64,000 nt of DNA from a virus. Under the pieces are notes generated by a model. The model did not search any database. It had not been told where the DNA came from and worked only from the letters and a program-made list of their open reading frames with translations. The position numbers and the translations under genes were made by a program. Shown here piece after piece: positions 11,201 through 20,286 of this stretch. Position 1 is the stretch's first letter. Every line of letters begins with the position of its first letter. The stretch spans positions 32,001-96,000 of the IMG/VR virus record IMGVR_UViG_3300027861_002706, one strand, 5' to 3'.

Positions 11201-12288
11201 TCGACTCGCGGAGGTTCTGCAGTCCCATCTGTAGACGCTTGGCTTATATAGAATCTTAATTTATCTGTACCATCCCCTGCTGTAGGTATTCCATTGATTA
11301 GTATCTCTTGATTAGGTACGCTGGTGATAGTTGTGTACGATCCATAGTCTGTCCAATTGGCGGTCACGCTGCTCTTATACTGTGGCTTTATCTTAGTCAG
11401 TCCGTTGCCGGTCTCTATCTCGCTAACTACATAAATGGCGTTATACTTTGTAAGGCCAAGACTAGGAGCATATTCTGGAGTAATGGCGGTTTGTTCTCCA
11501 GTAGAGTATATGCCTGAAGCAATTGAATCTTCGTCAAGATACATTCCTGACGCGGATTGATATATATAATCAACTAATGTTTTACCTATAGTTTCTGGAG
11601 AAGTTGTATCGCTGCCAGTATCGAATGCACCTAGCTGTAATTTTTTTGATACGGTTGCTCCAGTAAACTTATCGATACCAGCGAAAGCACTACCGTCCTG
11701 TAGTAATACATAGTAGTCATCTTGTTTGAATCCAAATCTTAGTCTTTGTGGAGCAGCTTCTAGATCTATAGGTATGAAGTCTGTAGCGCCTCTAACTCCT
11801 ACACCTGAATCAACAAAATAAAATTCTATTCGTTGGGCACCATCATCGACTAGCATGCTATGGCCAAGCTTAGTAGACGATGTATCCGCTATAGGGACTT
11901 GGACTCTAGTTTCAATTGTGTATCCAGCAGTGTTACTCACAGAATTAAAGTATGAAGTTTCTGTTAGATGAAAATATTCAGAGGTAGCAGTAGTTTCAAA
12001 GTTTAGAAATGAGCCACCAACAGCAAACCTACTCGAAGAATGTCCACCTCCTGCAGATATATCGAATTGACTTTCTAACACACCTGGAGCAGGAGATATA
12101 TCATTTTGATTAGTCCATGTTGGAGTAATCCACGTGGTTCCGATATATCCCGTGTTAGACGCATTAGATAATAGTCTTAGCGTACTACCAACTATACCGA
12201 TTTGAGTAGAGTCACTTAGCGTGAATCCATCAGTCTCTGTATCCAGAAACTCTTCAGTAGATAGATGTGCACTAGGAGGAGTAAACAT
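8212..12288 (-). CDS. Large adhesin/tail-fibre-like protein (1358 aa) with several LamG/ConA-like lectin domains and an IPT/TIG-like domain
   Basis: LamG-type signatures VGLYHFNSGS, WTIDFY, IDELRIE, TLLHFNES and GSIDELTV. TIG-like halves EPSWGGVDGGNTIAI and VYVGG...AVMPEGTAGDTHLYV. Confidence 0.65.
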   Translation of the reverse strand: MFTPPSAHLSTEEFLDTETDGFTLSDSTQIGIVGSTLRLLSNASNTGYIGTTWITPTWTNQNDISPAPGVLESQFDISAGGGHSSSRFAVGGSFLNFETTATSEYFHLTETSYFNSVSNTAGYTIETRVQVPIADTSSTKLGHSMLVDDGAQRIEFYFVDSGVGVRGATDFIPIDLEAAPQRLRFGFKQDDYYVLLQDGSAFAGIDKFTGATVSKKLQLGAFDTGSDTTSPETIGKTLVDYIYQSASGMYLDEDSIASGIYSTGEQTAITPEYAPSLGLTKYNAIYVVSEIETGNGLTKIKPQYKSSVTANWTDYGSYTTITSVPNQEILINGIPTAGDGTDKLRFYISQASTDGTAEPPRVDRITLKSSSDKSKIILEPSWGGVDGGNTIAIQLDSTNNLRSERIPSSTTVGLYHFNSGSDLVDSSTNDITGQTTLEVQSGIAGVFNEQIQLGTSAVSATNATSFLDTFIDVTGYVDPNGDTGVGTAFGFIGSGLEIIANSNETIEFSAGTHYLDIAADNLTGTPYNAQVVKAHSTGLSDGFAITNITGSDGDKLLKFHLDIAFGAIKVVHDNGSLLNTSYFTNFDYKGVKEVELLIEDFVDGNNKISWTSTQDIAPDKTEFSVSNIRLHDITKGSFYAITTNAYNFAAADWTIDFYANLLAYNLSNNGVIFYAVGSSNEIKLSLDNKGYPILRANSVSATGTWPVPLNKDSLISISKRGTYLSASIDGELNALTRSASIGDMDLSDGGIFAGSDNLNNNPTHMRIDELRIETSAASLSNYAQSAGIVDPFFRNIYEIPAYTGAGTASDWKTQTLLHFNESAGPIVDDVEFWGGTNNEAIIPHAKRRITIRGESGVIGSATHFARSFLNNGSEIYGGMLVPYDAGMAGGNDQPMSVFFKFGGYRNPIQKSSIVRYISTGASIKGYDIGIDTSGYLYVDVYNGNASPRLSHSHTSAYAGTNTYRSCGVAIDPTTTSVRTWVAGTYEEFTELVPQTISNYMNVGGAAKPGIEIAASCVGSIDELTVIEGLLDSSTFSDWSQTDTIKSDPPLDVYVGGSKLNTGRVLATSPRVAYAVMPEGTAGDTHLYVDFGSYKISSDRPYKYTNSFDRTIISSGIAAVVCETKSPFRIAPTVPDGSVNLAKINTPDLDADNNISIIDLSDMESANISNHLRGKFSLQNQVVEYIAGTQLYYGGQIDTTDIVISNRSAVGRDLEAPYPLFYKYLVGRGRYYLNKSGILVSDLDVLKPEIRIVSENGTELDIAQYPYDIEVSSKDFYNNDLPAGNFAVVIYSHFLSLSGKSIFVEYNASDSANSYKLIPGKREVINPEPIVQYGTAGQDTYFTVLTANAGRYDLYVNTG

Positions 12289-13039
12289 CGTTTGGTGCTT
12301 TCACTGTTGTCCAATCACTATACTGTGAGACCTCGTCATATATAGTTCGATAGGCTACTCTAAAGCCATACTCAACGCCAGAATTAATAGTCCTTGTTAT
12401 AACACCATGCTTTCTGTCTAGTATATGTCCTGGAGAAGAGATACTACCGAACCTTGCCCAGCCAAACATTGTGCTAACGTTACCAGTATTCTCATGGTAC
12501 ATTTCAATCTTATAGTGATCTATGTATGGTATCAGACTTTTCCCAGATATAGAACTAAATGGTATACCTAGTTCTACGTAGTAGTAATTATTCTCCTTCA
12601 AAACAACCTTGCTAATGGGATGAGGTTTAGTATACATAAGGGAATTAACATCTATGCTACTAGTATTTCCATTTGCATCTACAAATGAGAATGAGAATGT
12701 GGATATATCTCCACTACTTATTATAGAAGTGTCGATCGTTAGATCGTAAACATAGTTAGTAGTCGCTGGACAAAATACTCCTATATCTGTACTAGATCCA
12801 ACAATTATATTAGGTGTGCCTATACATTCAATAGCGCATGTACATTCTTGCGGGAATAAACTTTCCTCGAAAGTGACCCTGATACCACCACCTTCATCGA
12901 ATCCTGTAAGAGAGAATGGTGGTGGAGTGTATCCTTTTTGAAAATTATAGATAGATCCATTGATACACTCCTCAGAGCATTCATCTAAGGGGAGCGGTAT
13001 TATTGGCATGTTTGTAGCACCGATATAAAAATCTGTCAT
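12272..13039 (-). CDS. Cys-rich structural protein (255 aa) with a C-terminal fibronectin-III-like domain
   Basis: ATGA-coupled start. EYGFRVAYRTIYDEVSQYSDW resembles the FN3 C-terminal motif. The N-terminal part has ECSEEC and ECTCAIEC. Confidence 0.5.
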   Translation of the reverse strand: MTDFYIGATNMPIIPLPLDECSEECINGSIYNFQKGYTPPPFSLTGFDEGGGIRVTFEESLFPQECTCAIECIGTPNIIVGSSTDIGVFCPATTNYVYDLTIDTSIISSGDISTFSFSFVDANGNTSSIDVNSLMYTKPHPISKVVLKENNYYYVELGIPFSSISGKSLIPYIDHYKIEMYHENTGNVSTMFGWARFGSISSPGHILDRKHGVITRTINSGVEYGFRVAYRTIYDEVSQYSDWTTVKAPNDVYSS

Positions 13040-16000
13040 AGTCCTAGAATCTCCGCATCAGTACAATCGGGTGTAAAGTTTCCGTCTGGACCTATAATAC
13101 CCACTCTGAACACTATTTTGAACATAATCGACTGAGTGGAGAAGAATGACGAAAAGTGATTGCACATATCAGCTACATAGTTGTAGGTCCCGGGGATAGC
13201 AAAATCTCCATCTCCACTATGCTGAGTATCGGTTTTAAGTGGCACTAGTTCATGCCAGGATCCATCGGTTCCGTTAGTAGTATCTATGGAGAACGAGCAC
13301 AGATCGTAAAAGACTTGGTATCGTTTACCAGAGGGTGCAGTTGTAGGATTGCCTAGCGCATCGCACACGTATATATTTGTAGTTATATCTATCAGACAAG
13401 GGTTTGAAGGTCGCTGACATATCTGTACCGTCTCAACTTTCCATTCATTAGTTGGACAGACTACGCATTCTCCATCTCCAGGCGTGGGAACGTCTGTAGG
13501 GGGAGGTGGTGGAAGTCCTCCTGAGTCTCCGGGATCCGGCATATTCTCTGGTGGCTCATCTCCTGCCGGTATGATATCGCCATTCATGTTAGGTGGAGCA
13601 AGAGGGCAATGGAACACAGGCAGGCTAGGTAGAGTATAAGTGCTCACTGGTAACAACGCATTTGAGTCTAGGCTAAGATTCCCTGTGACAATAACATCGT
13701 TATACTGGCCTGCAGCACCTTGTGCATAGACAGTGATTCCGTCGCCTGGAAGACTATCAAACCCTAGATACGGAGTATCTCCTGCAACCACTTGATTTAT
13801 TTGTCCAGCAACACCTGTTTCATATCCACTGACAACAGGAAGTAACATATATCCGTCATGGTTTGTACTAACCATGGTATTGTAGTCATTCCTGTTGTTG
13901 TTAAGAACTACTAATCCATTGATAATAGGAGTCTGTATCGCTCCGCCCATATATCCAGACCCGTTAGCTATTCCGCTAAAAGTGAGGTCTGTTGGATGTG
14001 CTAAATTGCTTCCTACTATAGTATATGCATAAGCACAATGGACCTTGTCTTCTACATCGGTTACTTGTATGTCTATATCTGCCCCAAGTGTAGTTGAATA
14101 TTGGAGATAGCAATTATGTGCGCCAGGGAATATTTCTACTCCGTCTATAGCAAATCTACTGGAGGAAACTCCAGTAGAAGACCCATCTGTGACCGTGAGT
14201 TTAGTCTTAAGTCCTCTGCTCGAAGCTATCTGAGGTATCTTCACTACGAAGTCTACTGTATCTGCAGTAGCGACTAGCCTACGTTTTTCACCTGGTCTCG
14301 GGTATATTCTTGTAGCGTATCTCCATGCAGGATTATTCGTAAGGTCTGCCAGGCTACCTGGTAAGAATGGCGACTGTGAAGTGTATCCTTCTACAGTGTA
14401 TCCATCCGGAGCAATAACTACTGACTCATCAGATGAGACAAGCAGCTTATTATTCGAGCTAAATACCATTCCAATAACCCTAGCTGCTCCAGGGGCTAGT
14501 CCAGGCGGAATGATCGCATTCATAAATGAGTATGATGATGGACGAATGTTAATCTTATTATGGGCAAACCACCTAAAGGATTGATCTGAAGTTAAGATAC
14601 CTAATATGACCAAGCACCCGTGCTCTGTACGATGCTTGGATCTATTCACGATCCCAAGACTAGCTGGTGTGACTAGGTTGGTATCAACGATAGATGAATC
14701 GTTCACAGTAGTATAGGCCTTTAGCGCTACACTTTTATTTACTATATCGAATATGCCATTAAGTACTTCTTCGGACTCAAAGTTCAGGAAGGGCCCTACC
14801 CCATAGAAAACTCCTGCACCACCGTTATATATAACATTAGAGTCACCGACTGTATTGAAATCTCCAGAGACTGGTATCTCGTAGTCCTGGTTAGCATTAG
14901 TCGGAGATAGCGGCTCGGTAGATCTTCTGAAAAAGTTCTTTGTTTTGAACTTGTCGGAACTAACAAGTCTATTGACTAAGAATAGCTCCATAGCAGATGT
15001 GGGAGATGATGATGCAATTCCGTCTTTTGAGCTGGCTGGCTTCAGAAGCCTGCCGTGGACATCTGTCTTGACCGGTGCCTTGACGGCATGTTTGGCCAGT
15101 AACTCTATTATATTTTTACCTGGAGTTTTATAGGTATATGCATCTAAGTTTAATGAGCCCGCCCCAGACAATTCACTTGCGTTAAGCAGAGTATATGTGG
15201 GGTTAGCTTTTCCATCAGTTGTTATTAAAGATGAGCCTAGTGCTCTGCTCGCTACTTTTGTTGTCAGATATTCAGTTCTAGATCCGACTATATCGCTAAA
15301 GGCTCCTTGCTTGAATATTTGATTCGAAAGTACGGTTGTTGTTCCAGGCTGATTTGGGGTATTCTCGATAGCTGACCGAGTGACCATTCCTGGTAGATTA
15401 AGCAGCCCTCCAGCCAGGGAAGCACGGCCTCTTTCCGCTTCCCTGTACTCTGCTATCCTGGTTAATGGCTTCTTAGAGGACAGAATGTCTCGTGAATTTG
15501 GATTTATTCCACTAGGTCTTCTCTTATCTCCCTGAGATGGACCTTTCTCTGGTTTGAATTTGGTATTCATTCGGGTTTTTCGTGCGTATCTGGCTCCGGG
15601 TACTGCACTATTCGGTGGCATATCTGCCGCAGGAGTATCGGTTGAACTATCCGACCCTCCTGGGATAGAAGAATCGTTACCTTCATCCGCAGTGCCTCCA
15701 GAGGAGCTTGGGGGCCCTCCAGACTCAGCGGACGAGTCTGCCTCTGTACCAGCCCCACCTCCCGCTGCAGAGTCTCCACCGCCTCCTGGGGCAGTCACCG
15801 GAGGAGGAGGAGGCCAAGTAGTGTTAGCAGGCAGCTCGTTCTCAGCGGTGTTAGGCATATCAAAAGGTATACCCATAAGGGATATACAGTAGTTAAAGTT
15901 GTTCAATAGAAATGCGCTTTGATCAGCTGAAGCTTGATCGCCAGCAGTCATTGTCTCATGGGTAAATGGTCCAATAATATCAACTCCGTAGTCCCAAGCA

Positions 16001-16494
16001 ATTCCTACCGTTATTTGTTCATTCTCAGGTAAGACTAGTGGAAATACGCTATTGATATCTACCATTGTCATTAAGCCAGTTTCGCCCTGTCCAGGTAAGT
16101 ATGGCAGATTATGGGTATATGTAAAACTTGTGTTTTGCATATCCCATATTCCTGGGCAGGTCATTAACAATTCGAATATGATTACATTTCTGGTTGTGAG
16201 CCAGTAAGTAAAGTCTCCGACAGGGGTATAGTCTGATTCTATATAAGTTAATGCTGTAGCAAGAAAAATCTCAAGATCGGCTGGATTTAACCACACCCAA
16301 TCGCCTGTTCCTGTAGTTCCATCAGGATTATTTGCTGGTAAAGATGCTGTACCTGATGGCATTTCTGGCCAATGCACATGCATAGCGGGGTATGATACGC
16401 CTTCAACAGTATGCCATCCTATAGGCAATCCCTCTTGAAACTGGAGGCAAGCATTGACTACTTGAACGCAGGGGACAGCAATTCCGTCTGGCAT
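13036..16494 (-). CDS. Large mosaic hypothetical virion protein (1152 aa) with Pro/Gly/Ser linkers and a Cys-rich C-terminus
   Basis: Long ORF with SD GGAG upstream of the ATG. Two low-complexity linkers. No family recognised. Confidence 0.75.
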   Translation of the reverse strand: MPDGIAVPCVQVVNACLQFQEGLPIGWHTVEGVSYPAMHVHWPEMPSGTASLPANNPDGTTGTGDWVWLNPADLEIFLATALTYIESDYTPVGDFTYWLTTRNVIIFELLMTCPGIWDMQNTSFTYTHNLPYLPGQGETGLMTMVDINSVFPLVLPENEQITVGIAWDYGVDIIGPFTHETMTAGDQASADQSAFLLNNFNYCISLMGIPFDMPNTAENELPANTTWPPPPPVTAPGGGGDSAAGGGAGTEADSSAESGGPPSSSGGTADEGNDSSIPGGSDSSTDTPAADMPPNSAVPGARYARKTRMNTKFKPEKGPSQGDKRRPSGINPNSRDILSSKKPLTRIAEYREAERGRASLAGGLLNLPGMVTRSAIENTPNQPGTTTVLSNQIFKQGAFSDIVGSRTEYLTTKVASRALGSSLITTDGKANPTYTLLNASELSGAGSLNLDAYTYKTPGKNIIELLAKHAVKAPVKTDVHGRLLKPASSKDGIASSSPTSAMELFLVNRLVSSDKFKTKNFFRRSTEPLSPTNANQDYEIPVSGDFNTVGDSNVIYNGGAGVFYGVGPFLNFESEEVLNGIFDIVNKSVALKAYTTVNDSSIVDTNLVTPASLGIVNRSKHRTEHGCLVILGILTSDQSFRWFAHNKINIRPSSYSFMNAIIPPGLAPGAARVIGMVFSSNNKLLVSSDESVVIAPDGYTVEGYTSQSPFLPGSLADLTNNPAWRYATRIYPRPGEKRRLVATADTVDFVVKIPQIASSRGLKTKLTVTDGSSTGVSSSRFAIDGVEIFPGAHNCYLQYSTTLGADIDIQVTDVEDKVHCAYAYTIVGSNLAHPTDLTFSGIANGSGYMGGAIQTPIINGLVVLNNNRNDYNTMVSTNHDGYMLLPVVSGYETGVAGQINQVVAGDTPYLGFDSLPGDGITVYAQGAAGQYNDVIVTGNLSLDSNALLPVSTYTLPSLPVFHCPLAPPNMNGDIIPAGDEPPENMPDPGDSGGLPPPPPTDVPTPGDGECVVCPTNEWKVETVQICQRPSNPCLIDITTNIYVCDALGNPTTAPSGKRYQVFYDLCSFSIDTTNGTDGSWHELVPLKTDTQHSGDGDFAIPGTYNYVADMCNHFSSFFSTQSIMFKIVFRVGIIGPDGNFTPDCTDAEILGL

Positions 16495-16509
16495 ACTACT
16501 CTCCTGCTA

Positions 16510-19500
16510 TTAAACCAATGACCACGCCACTGTGTTCTTGAATGGGTTATGGGCTACTACCTTCATTGATAAATGTTTGGCCTGTATGCCGGCGACTCTA
16601 TCTGGTGCAGCAGCTGTTATTTTTAAGTCTATTTCTGCGTCGTAATCAACTATTATATCTCCAGTTATCTGATCAAGCACCGTTTTATCTATATTGATAG
16701 CATAGTGTTGATCAACTGTGACCCAGGCTAATCTTCTATTATACGTGACTTCTATTGGTTGATCCTGATTCCCCGAGATAAGGATCTGACCTTTTGTATC
16801 ATCATATATAAATTCGCCATGTCCAGGTTTGTCTTGATAGCTTAAAGCTAGTACTCTGTCAAAGACTGACCCAGTAGACATTTTACACACGATGCTGCCT
16901 ATCACCGCATAGTCTCCTACATCGTATTTTGTAATACCATTAATAACTGAGAGAGGCGCAATTGTTCGTGTATAATTGCTAGAAGACTCTAGGCTATATA
17001 CAGTGAGATTCTGGTCTCTTACTACTATATTGCCATGATTGATATTAGCTATTTTATAGTCTACAGGTAGTTTGCCAAAGGTCTTGTCCATAGCAGTTCC
17101 TGAGGGGAACGTGGTTGTCTGAGACGCTAGAGGTTTATTCCCCCTGTATTGTATATCTGAAATACTAGGGGCTTCTGTAAAAAAGTTAACCGTTCCATTC
17201 GCGTCAGATTCCACCTCTATCAGCTGCCCATACTTATCTGGGAAGCCTAGCTCTCTATGTAGCAGTGAACCCGGGTATAGTCCTTTTGGTTCTATTAGCT
17301 CAAGGAATATTCGTTTAAACGCATATGGATTATTCTTATCATCTAGGATACGGATGCTAACAAACTCTGGTCCACTACCTTGGACGCAGAGTTGTGCACT
17401 AGACGGAGCCTCTATCTTAGTTGGTCCAGGAACATCAAGATCCCATGTGATATGATTATCGATATACGTTCCTGAGCTATGGTAATGAGTTGTCTTAGAG
17501 AACTTATTTTTACCAGAAGTTTTAGCCCATGGGAGATATTTGATTCTTCCCGCTTGCCAAAACCAGTCAGTTAGTATAGTAGAGTTATACGGTGCTGCGG
17601 CATCAAAATCTGAAGCAGGAACTGGTCCAATCTGGAGGAATCCATTTGTTGAAGAATTTCTGAGAGGGGAGAGTGTGAGATCCTTGACTTCATAGAAGCC
17701 AGAGTTTGTAGACTCATACTCCACAGTCATATCAGACATGTTTGGTATACGGTTATATCGAGTAGGCTCAATTCCCTTTTCAAACTGTAGACAGTCTACT
17801 CCCATAGGATTACCGGTTTCAGAGTATATCCTGAATTGTATTTTTCTTGTATTAGTATCTATCGGTATTAGATCTGTATCTATCTTTGACAATGTAGTAG
17901 TATCTGTTGGTGCAGTAGTCACATAAGATGCTACCGGATATGATTCTCCTGAGTTCCCTATTCCTATACCAAGCCTTTGCCATGGAGAGGCAGTAGACGC
18001 AAGCGACATATCTGAAGAAATCTCATATGAGTATCCACTATTATGCTTGAGCAGAACATCATTTCCATCATATGTCAAGAAATCGAAGTACATCTTTCCC
18101 GTCTCATTGGGTGCTGCAGTATACAGTGAGAAGAAATAGTTCTGGTCAGGATCTATATCGACTACTTCTTGAGCGACATAATGGTCCGAGTAGTTACCTG
18201 TTGGAACATCGAAGACCAGCATGTTCTCACCCATCAAAGGTCTCAACGCGCTGAACCCACTGACCTGGACCATTGACCTGGAAGATATTCTTCCATCTGT
18301 TTTAAGCATATAGTCGAACGGAACTTCCGCTCCAACATGCATAAAGGTCGTAGCTCCCAAAGTTCTTGCAACAAACTGTTCAGTTATATTCAAGTTAATA
18401 GGGTCATTAACTGTAGTAGAGTATACCCCGCCATTAGACTGATGTGCATAGGCTGGATCATCTTGAACAGTAGAGAACGGATTAGCGACGTATACAAAAT
18501 CTGATGTATCAATGTTATAATCAACTATAAGATCGGATACTATATTGCCGTATTCGAACTGTGGATTAAGCGCGAGGTTAGAGTCCTGATGAAAGTTTAG
18601 CTTTACACCTTCGGGAGACATTGCAGTGTTAAATTCATAAGGAAGTAGACTATTAGAATCTAATAATCTAATTGTATCATCGGTTATAACGATAGGCGCA
18701 GCATCCTTAGGATTTTCTGGGAAGATGTATCGTTTTATACCGTCCCTGATCCTGAATCTATACATAACATCTCGTAGCGTAAATTTCTCATGGTCACTAG
18801 ACCAGAGTCTAACTTTGCCATGTATCGCTATAACGTCAGCTTCCGATGTTATATCTAGGCCTTTATGTTTGAGTACAAATTTATCCCCAAAAATCTCAAA
18901 TGAACTACTAGTTAATACTTGCTTGCCGGAGACGTACAGTACGGGAGAACGTATCTCTCTAGGCATAGTGAATACAGTCTGCCTAATGGCATCCAGAGTA
19001 TATGCTTTCTTGTCAGCATAGAGGTAGTATGGTTTTTCTCTTATAAAGAAGAACCCAGACTTTACTTCTGGCATCCAACAGCTGACGGAAGATTGATACT
19101 GTTCTGTGACAGCATCTATGTGAGAAAGAACTCCACCGATCACACATTCTACATTATCTATATTCTGTAGATCGGGGTCACTTTCCACAGTCGCACCAAA
19201 GAAACCTCCCGCTACGGCCATTTCATTGGCTCCAATAGTAGGTGCAGATCCACGAGAGTTGCCTAATACATCTGAGCAGAGAAGAGAGTCATCTATATAA
19301 TCATCTAGCTCGCTAGCGGGATCTCCACATACCTCCTTACCCATAGCTATGCAGGGTGAAGAGGCAAGCATGTTCAAGTCTATGCTCGAATTAGCTATGT
19401 CAGTGTTTTGTACTATGAATACAGGGTCTTGCGAGATAGAGTAGCTATCGCTATCTACGTTATTGCTTGTTACATTTCTCCAGTCAGTCAGAGTTTCTAC

Positions 19501-20286
19501 CAGAGTAACCGCAATTGAACCATCCGATAGCTCTTCTCTGATCTTAGCTACGTTACCGTTAAGCGAATATAGGTCATTAAAGTTTGACTGCAGATTAGTC
19601 AGGTCCCGCTGATTTATCATCAGTGTGTTCCCTGCAATAGTAAACAATAAGTTATTGAATAAGGTAGCCTTGCCGTGATCAAGAACACCTTGGCCCTGAT
19701 CCTTTTGTAGCTCGATATAGACACAAGTATCTGTGCTAGAAGAGGCCTGCTGGTCGTTGAACACCGTATTATACACGAGTGCTACATCTTTGACTAGAGT
19801 AGTTACTATACCATACTTAGCGTTAAAGACTATATTGTTTAGGATCTGTGCTTGGTCAGATTGATAAATCCATATGCCTACATTCTCACTATCTAGGACT
19901 ATATTTTTTTCTATGATTAGATTGTGGCAATTAGGTCCAGTAGAAATACCTTTTTGGAATCCGCGGAAGTACATCCTTCTAATAGTCACATAGCTGGTAC
20001 CTGATCCGATAGAACATCCATTAATAAATGATCCAGTAATAGCTTGAGTTTTTAGTGCATCAATAATTGGCAGGATGTTATTAGCTGCGCCTATAACTAA
20101 TCTATTGATAGCTGTTGGCTTAAGTATATTCTCTGGTATAAAAAATCCAGCGTATATTCCATCTTCTGAAATAATAATGTTATGTTCTTCAGTAAATTCA
20201 ACGGATCCTTGGTCAAAGATTAATTGACTGATGGCATCTTGGACTTCTGTATATAGCTGATTCGGTCCTACAAAATAATTGGCCAT
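16510..20286 (-). CDS. Multi-domain fibre/baseplate protein (1258 aa): N-terminal parallel beta-helix, CBM-like domain, Big_1-like Ig domain
   Basis: Pectin-lyase-type repeats (LIIEKNIVLDS, QILNNIVFN, ALVYNTVFN) followed by a DPVF...SSPCIAMG...DVLGNSR...TIGANE cap. DCLQFEKGIEPTRY is CBM-like. ILDDKNNP...ESDANGTV is Big_1-like. Confidence 0.6.
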   Translation of the reverse strand: MANYFVGPNQLYTEVQDAISQLIFDQGSVEFTEEHNIIISEDGIYAGFFIPENILKPTAINRLVIGAANNILPIIDALKTQAITGSFINGCSIGSGTSYVTIRRMYFRGFQKGISTGPNCHNLIIEKNIVLDSENVGIWIYQSDQAQILNNIVFNAKYGIVTTLVKDVALVYNTVFNDQQASSSTDTCVYIELQKDQGQGVLDHGKATLFNNLLFTIAGNTLMINQRDLTNLQSNFNDLYSLNGNVAKIREELSDGSIAVTLVETLTDWRNVTSNNVDSDSYSISQDPVFIVQNTDIANSSIDLNMLASSPCIAMGKEVCGDPASELDDYIDDSLLCSDVLGNSRGSAPTIGANEMAVAGGFFGATVESDPDLQNIDNVECVIGGVLSHIDAVTEQYQSSVSCWMPEVKSGFFFIREKPYYLYADKKAYTLDAIRQTVFTMPREIRSPVLYVSGKQVLTSSSFEIFGDKFVLKHKGLDITSEADVIAIHGKVRLWSSDHEKFTLRDVMYRFRIRDGIKRYIFPENPKDAAPIVITDDTIRLLDSNSLLPYEFNTAMSPEGVKLNFHQDSNLALNPQFEYGNIVSDLIVDYNIDTSDFVYVANPFSTVQDDPAYAHQSNGGVYSTTVNDPINLNITEQFVARTLGATTFMHVGAEVPFDYMLKTDGRISSRSMVQVSGFSALRPLMGENMLVFDVPTGNYSDHYVAQEVVDIDPDQNYFFSLYTAAPNETGKMYFDFLTYDGNDVLLKHNSGYSYEISSDMSLASTASPWQRLGIGIGNSGESYPVASYVTTAPTDTTTLSKIDTDLIPIDTNTRKIQFRIYSETGNPMGVDCLQFEKGIEPTRYNRIPNMSDMTVEYESTNSGFYEVKDLTLSPLRNSSTNGFLQIGPVPASDFDAAAPYNSTILTDWFWQAGRIKYLPWAKTSGKNKFSKTTHYHSSGTYIDNHITWDLDVPGPTKIEAPSSAQLCVQGSGPEFVSIRILDDKNNPYAFKRIFLELIEPKGLYPGSLLHRELGFPDKYGQLIEVESDANGTVNFFTEAPSISDIQYRGNKPLASQTTTFPSGTAMDKTFGKLPVDYKIANINHGNIVVRDQNLTVYSLESSSNYTRTIAPLSVINGITKYDVGDYAVIGSIVCKMSTGSVFDRVLALSYQDKPGHGEFIYDDTKGQILISGNQDQPIEVTYNRRLAWVTVDQHYAINIDKTVLDQITGDIIVDYDAEIDLKITAAAPDRVAGIQAKHLSMKVVAHNPFKNTVAWSLV

